From Chrysomallon squamiferum (Eukaryota; Animalia; Mollusca), in the NCBI GenBank assembly GCA_012295275.1, contig CM022671.1, positions 13,206,001 to 13,270,000 of the forward strand: a DNA stretch of 64,000 nucleotides, read 5' to 3'. The notes below the pieces were generated by a model. The model saw only the letters and a program-made list of their open reading frames with translations, was not told the origin of the DNA and did no database searches. The position numbers and the translations under genes are program-made. Of this stretch, positions 40,548 through 52,296 are shown piece after piece (position 1 is the first letter of the stretch; each line of letters begins with the position of its first letter).

Positions 40548-40991
40548 GTAACAGTAATTATAATAAGAAGAATAACAATAATAATAATAATGTTGATGAT
40601 GATAATTATGATGATGATAATGAGGAGGAAGATGATGAAATAATGAAAAAGTAAAAAATCTACAACAAATGAGTTGTGAACGCTTATTCTGCTTTAGGTT
40701 GATGTTAGATAATTGATTTAGGAACAATACGCATCGCTCTGAATGTAATTATTACTTAATGTATTTGTATAAATTGATTTGTAAATGATTTAATGTTTAC
40801 TTAATATCTTTAATCTATTGAATCATTTATGTCTAAATTGCCGTTTTATTTCTCCTTATTTCACCATTTTTTTATGTCAAATCTCCTCAGCGAGAAAGTA
40901 ACCACTGTTTTTAACCTGTAAAATTGTTTATTATTGGTCGCTTGTTTTGTAAAGGAAAGGAAATGTTTATGAATTAGAAATGACCAGTTTA

Positions 40992-41034
<43 letters not shown>

Positions 41035-41407
41035 GTAACAGTAATTATAATAATAAGAAAAATGCGAATAATAGTAATAACAATAATAATAATAATAACA
41101 GTAATAATAGTAATATTATAATAATAATAATGTTGATGATACTGAGGAAGAGGAAGATGATGATGATTATAATGAAAAAGTTACAAATCTACTACAAATG
41201 AGCAGTGAACGTTTATTCTGCTTTCGGTTGAAGTTACATAATCGATTTAGGAACAGTGCGCTCCCCCTCTGAATGTTAGAAAGAAACCAGAGGTATGCAC
41301 AGGCCAAGTTCTTTATATACAGAGGTAATCAGGTATTGTGGTAGACCAGCTTTTTCTATGAAATGGGAATTATACGGACTGGGAATTCTACCAGATGGGA
41401 AGACACC
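38636..41407 (+). mobile_element. Family A element with both ends, 9-bp TSD and internal tandem duplications
   Basis: CTGAAAAGG at 38627-38635 and 41408-41416. Ends GGCTTAGTCCCATCTGGTAGAATTCCCA ... TGGGAATTCTACCAGATGGGAAGACACC. Restarts at ~39107 and ~40746. Contains (AAT)n/(GAT)n tracts. Confidence 0.93.
40488..40640. repeat. (AAT)n/(GAT)n microsatellite inside family A element; related tracts at 40992-41170 and 43375-43523
   Basis: Direct reading. Source of the poly-Tyr and poly-Asn spurious ORFs. Confidence 0.9.
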
Positions 41408-43171
41408 CTGAAAAGGTGATCAACTTGGTTAAATTAAACAAAACTTGTCTTTCATTTCATACAAGGCACAGTCTTGTTTCTCAACCTGTTTACCAACTAA
41501 AACAACGCATTTTTTTCAGATATTCATGCAACTGGTCATATTTTTTCCATTTTTGACAGGTTTGTGATAGGCAACCGTCTCTGTAGTACTGAGAGGTAGA
41601 CACAAAGTCTAATGGGTACAGAAAAAATGGCACTATGCAAATTTGATAATAAAATGTTATTGCCTATTGATATTTAGTTATTGGAAGTAGGTGAAGCCCT
41701 CCTTACATAAACAATTCATAATTGCACATAAAAATCCCTTACATGGATAATATTTGAGATAATAATTTACTATCCGAAATAATATAATCTGCATCTATAA
41801 TCATATTTAACAACTGTTGACAGTTCATAATTAAATGGTCAGTCAAAAGAAATGTAAACCAAAAACAATGCCCCAAATACATACATACGTACGTACATAT
41901 TGGTGTTTGATCATGATAACATGATCAATTAAGTTCTGCTTACAAAAACAATTCATAATTGCTGGTCACAACATCTGCTGGAAACCTCACCAACTGATTG
42001 AGTGATGCTCTGTGTTCTGTATTTTTGAGTGATAATTGTAATATTAAACTCTTTAATACTGTACATTATTAAGCAAAACCAAGTGGCTGAATCATCAAAA
42101 GTACTTTTAGGTTTTCTTTTAAGCAGCAATGTAGGTGCCTTTTTTCCCAGTGCCATTATTAAATAAAAGAATGGAGGAAGAAGGCGATTTGTGTTTATTG
42201 TTATTTAAAATTCCATGGAGAATAATAGAGAAACAAAGAAGGCCTATTCATGAGCTTTACACTTTGTGTTAAAAAATCATATACAAGGAAAAGTCAGCAG
42301 CATTATTTTTAACCTATTTTTGTTCTGCATGATTTTTAAAAATGACTTCTAAATAAATATAATTCAACAGATATAATTGGAGTCTGCTAGCCAGATACAA
42401 AATGGACTTCAAAGTAATAATTAAAAACCTTTATTTTTTATTTTTTTTTTATTAAATGAAACTGACTTAGAAAATAAGTTCAGTACAAAAAAGATGATTA
42501 TTTTGCCCATATCACCCATATAATAGTTTTATTTTGATATTCACAGTAATGCTAACAACAAATGAATAGAATAAATAAATAAATAAATAAATAAATGCCC
42601 TCAGAGACATACTTTTTATTTAAACTACAGTACGTAATGTCTAGCTTTTAAAACATTATCGTTTTTCATTTAATATATGAAAAGGTGATTCACTCCATTA
42701 CTTCATATCAGCTGTAGTTTCCTGCAGAGATATCACTACAGTTTTTGAAATATATTTTTATCTATTGCCTACTTTGTCAGATAGTCTATGTTCAGGTAGA
42801 CAAAACATTAGCTTTACTGAGTTAAATCCTCCTATCTTGTCATCATGTTTCCTACCAGTGCATTTCCAGATCACATTCCATGCTGAGTTTTTGGAAGCAC
42901 TGCAGTTAGAGGGGTTTTTTTTGGTTTGTTTGTCAATAAATACATTTTTATGTTTTTGTAATTTAGTAGAAATTTAATTTTAATCTACATAAAAGTAAGA
43001 TATTTAAAAAATAAAAATAATAAAAAAAAGAATATGTAATAATAGCTGATAATAATCATAACAACTGTATAATAACGTGTTCTATTAGAGTGTGCCATGC
43101 AGTCCAATACTTTTGACTTCAGGTTTCTGTCTACCTAACTGTTAGTCCATATCTTTCTAGCCTCTACCCAG

Positions 43172-44937
43172 GGTGTCTTCCCATTTCATAGAAAAAACTT
43201 GTCTACCGCAATACCTGATTACCTCTGTATATAATGAACTTGGCCTGTCCATACATCTGGTTTCTTTCTAACATTCAGATGTGGAGCGCATTGTTCTTAA
43301 ATCGATTATGTAACATCAACTGAAAGCAGAATAAGCTTTCATTACTCATTTGTTGTAGATTTTTTACTTTTTCATTATCATCATCATCATCTTCTTCTTC
43401 CTTCTCATTATCATCATCATAATCATCATCATCATCATTATTGTTATTATTATTATTGTTATTAGTATTATTCGTATTCTTCTTCTTATTTTTTTTTCGT
43501 ATTACTATTATTATTATTATTATTTAAACTGGTCATTTCTAATTCATAAACATTTCTTTTCCGTTACAAAACAAGCAACCAATAATAAACAATTTTACAT
43601 CAATTTCATCTGTCTATTAAAAAAGAAAAGAAAAAACGGCACAATGTTTTTTGTTAATTCTCATAGCTTGCTTATGTAAAAGAAAACGACAAAAATATTA
43701 TAAATAACTAATTTTATTCAGCAATATAATTTAAAAAAACAAACATATTTTACATACGAGTAATTCACTTATATTCAGTAAACAGAATATGTGAACGTTA
43801 CATTTATCATTACCTGTTTGAATTAAACCATATTCAGCTTAAACATGTTCAAGATATATGTTTCTGATCATATTTACGTTATGCACACATACATATTCAG
43901 ATTGTGCACATATTATACAATATACGTGACATAGTATATTAATAGTATGTTCACTAAAGATATTATGACCTGCAAATACTTTGGCTATGACTGAAAAAGT
44001 TTATTCGAAGGACCAAATCATTGGGAATACTTTTAGATGAATACCTTCTTTTTTAATTATTTACATTCACTACACTCGATACATAGATTATTTCGATATT
44101 TGTCATATTTGCATACTTTATGCGATAAGCGATATCCATACTACAATAATACCTCAGATTAAAGATGTAATTGGTTCCAAATTTCCGATAGTTAAGTGAG
44201 ATAAGCAGGAGACTAATTTACATAGAATTAAGGTTAAAAGCAGTGGTTACTTTCTCACTGTTGAAATTTAACCAAAAAAAAAAAGAGGTGAAATAAGGAG
44301 AAATAAAATAGCAGTTTAGACATAAATGATTCAATAGATTATAGATATTAAGTAAACAGTAAATCATTTACAAATCAGTTTATACAAATACATTAAGAAA
44401 TAATTATATGCTGCTCATTGTGGGTTCATTTTTGTGGGTTTTCATTTCATTTAAGATAATGTATTTTGTTTTTAAAGTTATTGTCTTCCGTTTATTTTTA
44501 TCAGCAGCATTTGCTGGTATACTGTTATTCGTTTTGACATATTGGAAGGGTAAATTACAAACAAGGTTAAGTCTAAATTGAAGCAGAAGACAAAAGAGAA
44601 TCAGAATATCAGATGCACGTATGACATGTCAACTGATCAACACAGATGAGAGAAGCTCGTGAATGAATGAAAAACAAACGAAAACGGACTTAAAAACATG
44701 CTATGTCCATTTGTATCATTTATTTCGAGCAATTAACTATTAAATTTCTGTTTATATAATTTGTAAAGAAAAAAGATCGTTAAAGCAGGATATCGTTAAG
44801 CGAGATATTACTGTATTTATACAATAATAATTGCTTTCCAAATAATCTGGAACAGTTCATTATAATGACTGAGGTAAAGACATGCATGTCAATACGACCA
44901 CTGAACCACATTTAGCCTTTCCACGAAATGGTAAGCC
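43172..44937 (-). mobile_element. Near full-length (~1.77 kb) family A element, reverse orientation, 8-bp TSD
   Basis: CTACCCAG at 43164-43171 and 44938-44945. Termini GGTGTCTTCCCA ... GTAAGCC. No transposase ORF. Confidence 0.93.
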
Positions 44938-46625
44938 CTACCCAGCTACCAATCATTGGGTTCCAAAGTTTCTGCTGACATAACTATTTAGGTCACTGAT
45001 ACATACAAACCCCTTCACCATATGAAGGAATGGAATTTGATATTTTAAGGGTAACTTTTTAAAATTTGATAGATAATGACTTGATTACCCCAACTGTCTT
45101 TCTTTTATTATTTCCAAAAGTCATAAAAGACAAAAACATGTTCTCTGATGATTGTATTATGGCGTGGAGAACAATATCAAACGTTTTATTGTAATCAAAT
45201 TAGTAGAAACCAGATATACTGCAAAAAGTACTGAAAAGAAAAACTTTGATTATCAAAATTAAATAATAAAATTATTTAATTTGCTTTAAAAGAATTATGA
45301 ATTAATTTTGCAAAGCAGAACATACAGTTGTTCTGTTGTTGTTTTATATATGTTTGATACTGGGAAGTTTGTATTATCATTTAATGATTTTGCAATGAAA
45401 TACCTTAGCTTTTCACTTTGTAAATAATTCATTTTGACTGTTCTACTTGAACAAGAAGGAGTGTAATATAAACAAAAAATAGTGTTTTTGTGAGATTTCC
45501 AAGTGTGAACACCTAGAAGCAGATGCCAATAAATCTTTGATGTTGCACAAGATGTGAGAAGGTTAAAGAACACATTTGCACTTCTAGCTGAGCTGTAAAT
45601 GATTTGTTTATGAAATTATCTTGACTGTTCATATATCACATGCATTTTACTGAACAAACATGCCAGATATATAGTGATAATTCAGCTTGGTCTACTGATG
45701 TAAATTATACATGTGTATTATTGTATTAAAGTGGTTTACAAGCATGATAGATAATTAAATTGTTTACATTTTAATAATAATTATGTAACTGTACAAATAT
45801 AACAGACAGTAGCATGCTGATATATAGCAATAATATCTAACAGGAAACTAACATTGTATAAACTATAAATCCCTGAAGTAAATTCTAAAATTTAGAATTA
45901 ATTAAAAGATTATTAAATCAAGAAATTTAAATTAATATTGATAGAACTTAAAATAAAATAAAATCACATGAGGTAAATAGGAAATGGCTGATTTTTGTTT
46001 TTTTGCAGTTTTTTTCATAGAAATTTGTTTCTAGCACATGTTACAAATACCATATCTCAAAAGTGCTATTTCACTTGGCTTACCAGCATTACATTCTGTG
46101 TAGGTGTGTAGAAGCAAAATAATATTACTTTACTTTTAAAATTCTCATCGATCATAAGGATCTTGACTTCAGAAAAATATATTTATATAATCTTCTCTAA
46201 AAACTGAAGCAAGAATTGGTACAGTAATGCAAATTATTCTTACAGATATATTGGATATGTTTCTTTAAAACTTTATATTTTTCCAACCATCCATTAGAGA
46301 ATGCTTAGTGTACAACATTAGTTACCGATCCTTGACAATTTGACAAGCTATGTTAGTAAACATAAAAGTTTGGTAATAATAATGTTTTTGAACAAAAATT
46401 TGGAAGGCAATGAGATAGCCACACCAAATATTTCACTTTTAGTGGAAGAGGGCTTAACGAGTGTATTAATATGATTTTATTGTTTCATTAACCATTACCA
46501 AGTGATGTATAATTATATATATTTATATAAATTTACATATATATTTACCAGTAAATCACATACATAACATAATAGTGATATCTGCACTTTACTTGATGAC
46601 TACTTTCTCTCTCTTGTTCCAACAG

Positions 46626-46739
46626 TGTGATGATGGCTTCATGGATGAACAGAACATAATGTTGGATGACCTCCACATGGATTTACTGGAGAAACATCAC
46701 CATGCTAATATGCAGTTTATGGCATCGATGCTGGCTAGG
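46626..46739 (+). CDS. PDZRN3: PDZRN3/4-like exon, conserved region after the PDZ domain
   Basis: Polypyrimidine tract plus caacag acceptor, GTATGT donor, 114 nt, phase 0. Encodes [38 protein letters not shown] (family motif LDDLHMD..E.HH...MQF.AS). Confidence 0.94.
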
Positions 46740-49735
46740 GTATGTATTTTTGTTATTACTTAGCAGTGTTGGAATACAGCATGTGTGTATTTGATTCATT
46801 ACTTCAGTGATCTTTATTGCATACTTTATGGTTTCTAACTGCATTAAAGCAATTTGCGTTCCAACAGTGTTTTATTTGGTTCAGTAGAATGAGGTAATAT
46901 ATTTTATCAAGAATATAACACTTATCCATAGTACTTCATATTATATGTAAAACATTATTTTTTATCACAGTCTCAGTTATGTGAATTTTGAAGTCAGTGA
47001 AAGTGTTAAAAGCATATAAATTCCTTTTTTCTAGAAAATACGTGAACTTTATTGAAGAAAAATATGACCATCAAATCAAAATAAATGCTTTAATAATAAT
47101 CAGTATTAAACATATAAAAGTACCCTTTTGTATTTATTCACAGATAACAATTTTAAAACATGGGAAATCAGAAGAAGCATTTAAAGAAAAGCATATTTTT
47201 TTTATATTGTAATGTACAGTGTAGATAATGATAAACAAATATTGGCAATGTTTATTGTTCCTTTGTTAGGTAAATTGGATTAATGCATAATCCCACAACT
47301 AGATTATGTCTGAATTAAACCAGACCATATGTAATGAAAGATAAAATGATGGATATCTCTTCTTTTGCCTCACTGTCTGTATAATATTTGTTTTATTTGA
47401 GATATTGTTCTTTTTTTGGCTTTTTTTTTTGTACTTGTTATTCTGAGTACATTTATAATCTTTTTATTATATAATTTTTAATTATAAATATATATATTAA
47501 TTACCTATATATATATATATATATGATTAAAACATATATTGATTTAAAGTTACTATTTGTGTATTTGTCGTCAGTACTGGCCAGAACTTTGAATGGTATG
47601 TAATGTATTGTATAACTCATTACCGGATCAACCCAGTTAATGCACCACTCAGATAACTAAGGGAATCCTATGCTTAAAGAAACCCTCATTACTAATTTAT
47701 TAGTTTCCTAAGCAATAGTTTCCTCTGACACATTTTATAATATTTATTCATGTATATATATATTTTTTTAATCAACTGTGATTTAAAAAAAAATAAAAAA
47801 ATTGTGTGTATTATGAGGGAAAAAAGCTGTGATACATTTCCTATTTCGTATATGACCGATATTAGACAATGATATTGTTCTTGGATTATGTTATAATGTC
47901 TATCAGATTTTTGTGATTTCAAAACATGTACAATTTCTAAGTATACGGGTGATACTACCAGCTGATTTCTGTATTTATAAAAAGGGATGAACACTTTGTT
48001 TTTATTTCTCTGACATTTTCCTGTTATTTCCGACCCACACTATTACCAGAAATTTTGCCTCTTTGATCTACTTTAGGAATTTGTTCTTGTTCTTCTCATT
48101 TTTTTACTTCATTCAAACAGAAGACTCCATTACAGTGCCAGTACAAGTCGAGTACACAGGTTTCAGTTGTAATTTATTATAAAAACTTGTTTCCAGTGTT
48201 CTGTCTCACTGATGTAAGAGAAAATCTTCAAAGATGTAATACAAGAGAACTGAAGTACTTGTATGGTATAATTAAGTAATTTGATGGTGAACAACATGTT
48301 AAAGTTGGTTATTACAATGACAGTTCTATTATGAGAAAATATTGTTCATTCACTTCTCTTAAGGTGTAACACTAACTACTTTAAGGTATAACATTAAAAA
48401 CGGCCAATTTACTTCTATTGGGTGTTTTTAATTTTATTTTATATATCTCATATTTTATAATGATAAATGTGTTGTGGGAAGAAGAGAAAAAATATTGTTA
48501 ATTGTTATCAACCTTATTTCAAAATAATCAGGTATATGTTTACTGACATTATATGGTATTTTATAGGATCTTTGAAATTTCTGGATCTTTTTTTTTCATT
48601 TAGTTTCATTTATTATTAACAATTATAGTTTTTAAATCCTTTGATGTGTCATGTGACTAAATATAATTGATGTCAAAACACAGTTAAAATTACTTTCTAA
48701 AACAAAACTATTCCTCTTTAAAGTTTATGGTTTTGAGGTGGGTTTTTTCTATTTTTATGAAAAAAATTGTTATTTATTATTTTTCTTTGGGTTACTTAAC
48801 CATAAGGTAACTTTTGCATTCATCATGTCTATAACCCTGACAGCTTTAAAAGTGGTGTCACTGAAAACTGTTCACATACTTTGTAAAAGATATTTTGAAA
48901 GGCTTAACAAAATAATTAGTGGATAGCATCCTTTATTTCAAAGAAAAATAAAAATTATTTCTATTTCATTCTTGATGGAAGTCAAGATGGGAGTCTTCCT
49001 GAAGAGAGCTTAAAAGTTGGAACTATGGCTGCCCGTTAAACTGTGGCACCTAGCAGTTGGTTCATGTCAGACATTTTCTTGGTTTATTTTCCCATTCTGC
49101 TAGCTCATGATAACTTTCTTTGTTGTGGTGTAAATAAAAGTAGATGGAATTGAGATAAACAGTGATTTGAGACTGAAACTGCTTTGATCTAGCATCTTTC
49201 TGTACCAGGATGACTGAGAAAAATGAGAATGGATACCAAAATGGGGCCATTTGCTTATTCATGGTCATAGGTAGAGTGATTCCAGCCTGTTATTGTCAGG
49301 CACACTTTCTTTAATATTTTTGTTTAAATAGACAAACACTTGCACTTCTGATTTTAAAAAGAAGAATGAAATTTAAAAATCCTTGAACAACCAAATCTTT
49401 CAAAATTCAACAAATGTTTGAAGGTATTTGAAGATGTTGTAAACATCTTTTAAATTTTTATTCTTGTTCAGTTAGTTTAAAGGAAAAAATGTTTGTTAAT
49501 TTTTCTAATTTACTTTATTAAAATTTTTAATTATTAAATGTTTATTGTGTGTAAATAATTTAAAGATCAGAAAATTGTATTACATTTTCTTACAAAACCA
49601 TGGTCCTTGATTGTATTTATCAGAAAACTGAACTTTGTAGAGATGTATTTGTAACCTAGAGGCTTGTCTGGCTTAATAGTGTTTTGTTTTGCTCATGAAA
49701 AATATTTTACTCAATTTTTAGGTAATTTTTGTTCT

Positions 49736-50235
49736 AAAAATGGCACCAGGAAGAAATAGCACTGTGCAGATTTGGAAGAAATGGCACCTTATTTAATTTT
49801 TCTCTATACTTGCTTTGGAATCCCCTTAAATGTACTTTTAAACAAACAGATTATTCATGCAATATTGGTTTATATCAGAGTTTAATATTACACACAAACA
49901 TACCACATACATGTATGTATATACACACATGTATATATATGTGTGTGTGTATATATGCTTTCACACATAAATAGATAAATGAGTGCATTCATACAGATGT
50001 ACCTAATGTAAATATGCGTGCCATAGTCAAAATATCCTCCAGAAAGATACACCATGTCAATACAAACATAGCGTAAGATATGTGTATGTGTATACATAAA
50101 TAAACTTATTTTTTAAAGCAACTATACAGAACAAATAAATAAGGTGCCATTTTTTCAAAACTGCACAGTGCCATTTCTTCCGGGTACCACTTTTTCCAGT
50201 GCAATTATTCCCATTGCCATTTTTTTCCTACAACT
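49736..50235. mobile_element. MITE family B copy with inverted arms
   Basis: ggaagaaatagcactgtgcag..gaaatggcaccttattta (49749-49797) is inverted to taaataaggtgccattt..ctgcacagtgccatttcttcc (50136-50180). The right end finishes TGCCATTTTTTTCCTACAAC. Confidence 0.75.
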
Positions 50236-50394
50236 GAAATAGTTGTAGTTGCTAATAGCAAATCAAATAGAATATAATTTATATCATAATATTATATTTG
50301 CCAGAATATACTATTATGATGTAAATAAATGTAGTTATTGCTGTCACTAAACAAAACATAATTTTGAAGATTTTTTTAAGGTGTTGAAATGATC

Positions 50395-50422
50395 CACACA
50401 CACACACACACACACACACACA
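50395..50422. repeat. (CA)n microsatellite
   Basis: Direct reading. Confidence 0.9.
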
Positions 50423-51044
50423 AATGTATATAATACATACATACATGCAGACAAACATATAATCATATGAATTACATCAATTTGCATTAATATCTCAGGA
50501 TTTAATTAGATTATAAAAACATATGGCATACTTTTGACCAACATCATCATCAATAATGGCAGGTGGGTTTCTTCTAACTTCGAATTACCAGTGTCTTAAT
50601 TGTCTTATCTGTATGTCTGGAGGTTGAGACTGTGCTAGAGGTCGTTTTTGATTCTGTCATTACTGTTGGTGTTATTCACCAGCTGTGTGATAAGATAGTT
50701 TTGATGTTGGTTGAGATTTACCAGAAAATGAGTAAACTCTTCAAAGAATTCGTGTTTATTGTTATGGAAGAATTTACAGGGGAGAAGAGCACACATAATG
50801 TGGTATCTGGGGGTATGGGTGGGGTGTGTGTGTGTGTGTGTGACAAGTGTATATCCACATCTGTTCTAAAAGGTGTGAAGAGTTCAAACAAGTCCTTCTT
50901 TGAACTCTTCACAGAGCATGATCACTTATGGATAAATATACTTCATGTGAACTTATTCATGGTTTTGTGAACTTGTTCATGTTTTTTTGCTCCTGCTATT
51001 ATTTATTTTTCACAAATATTAAATTTTCTACATTTATTTTTCAG

Positions 51045-51173
51045 CGTCATTTAGATGAAGAAGGGGGAACAACTGACACAGCCACTACAGAAAACTCTTC
51101 CAATAAACACGAGAAAGACAGTGGAGTTGGTCGCACAGACGAAAGTACCAAAAATGACGAAAGTTCAGAACAG
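51045..51173 (+). CDS. PDZRN3: PDZRN3/4-like exon
   Basis: tttttcag acceptor, GTACAT donor, 129 nt, phase 0. Encodes [43 protein letters not shown] (family motifs GGTTDTAT and [21 protein letters not shown]). Confidence 0.95.
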
Positions 51174-52296
51174 GTACATGAATTAAAAATAATAATAATA
51201 ATTAATTAGATAAATTTAAACCAGTTCAGCTCAATCAAATGGAGATATTTCTAATAAGTTAGAAAATAAACAAAATATGAAATTTAGACATGTATTTGAT
51301 ATATAAACAGTAATAATTCTGTCTGTTGAATAGATCGCTGTAATAAATAATGGTATTTTAACAAGAAAAAAATAGGAAAAGATCAGCTATGATTTTCAGT
51401 ATAAATCATTAATAATTTTGAAATCCTGTTACTTTTTGGTTATTATTTTAAGCATTTAATCATGATATCTATATTTTGGTCATGAAAATTGTTTGTGTAT
51501 CAACAACATAGGGTTTTGAAGAGATCAAGCAAGTGAAACCTTAGCATTCTAAACAGTTTGTTTACAGTGTTAGTAACCTATGAAATAAGGTTATATCTGA
51601 TGTATCCAGACCTTTGTTTAAAAGATGATCTAGTTTAAGAAGTGTAGCAAAAAGGGAACATTTGAGATAATGCATTTCAAGCATATGACTATCTGATGCC
51701 GGTTGTTACTTTCAGCAAACAACATATGCGAGAGTTTCCATATGAACTTAGATTTCGAGAATTTCTCTGTGTGGTAAAAATCACTTTCTCTAAACAAGAC
51801 TTTTGATCATTTATGTCAAAATATTTTGTGTCTGTAAAATCTTGGAAGATTTTCAATCAAAGGTGCTCATGATCGTGTTTTGTTATAAAGATATAAAGAA
51901 ATACTCTAAAATAGTTGAAGATTTATTTAATACAGAAAAAACAATAACTTAGAACTGAGATTGATTTATATAAATATTTTTACACTACTAGTCATTTTAA
52001 ACCTTTTACTCTTTGATTTTGCTTGAAATGTATACACAAGCACACACAAATAGATAGATACATACAAACGTTTCGAATAAATTATATTTCCAAACAATTT
52101 TCGAATTAATTCAATGAAAATATTTTCATATGTTTTCAGACCATTTTTTTTTTTTTTTCTGAATTTTTGGATGGTCTAGTCTGTAAGTTTTGATATTGTT
52201 GTTGTCAGTATATTGAAATATTATTGTTTCATTTTATTTTTTTTAATTTATAGGACAGATTTTGAACTTACTTAATAAAACTTATTTGTTTTTCAG

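Noticed and set aside
40338-41201. Poly-Tyr/His and poly-Asn ORFs
   Set aside because: They are translations of (AAT)n/(GAT)n microsatellites inside the family A element.
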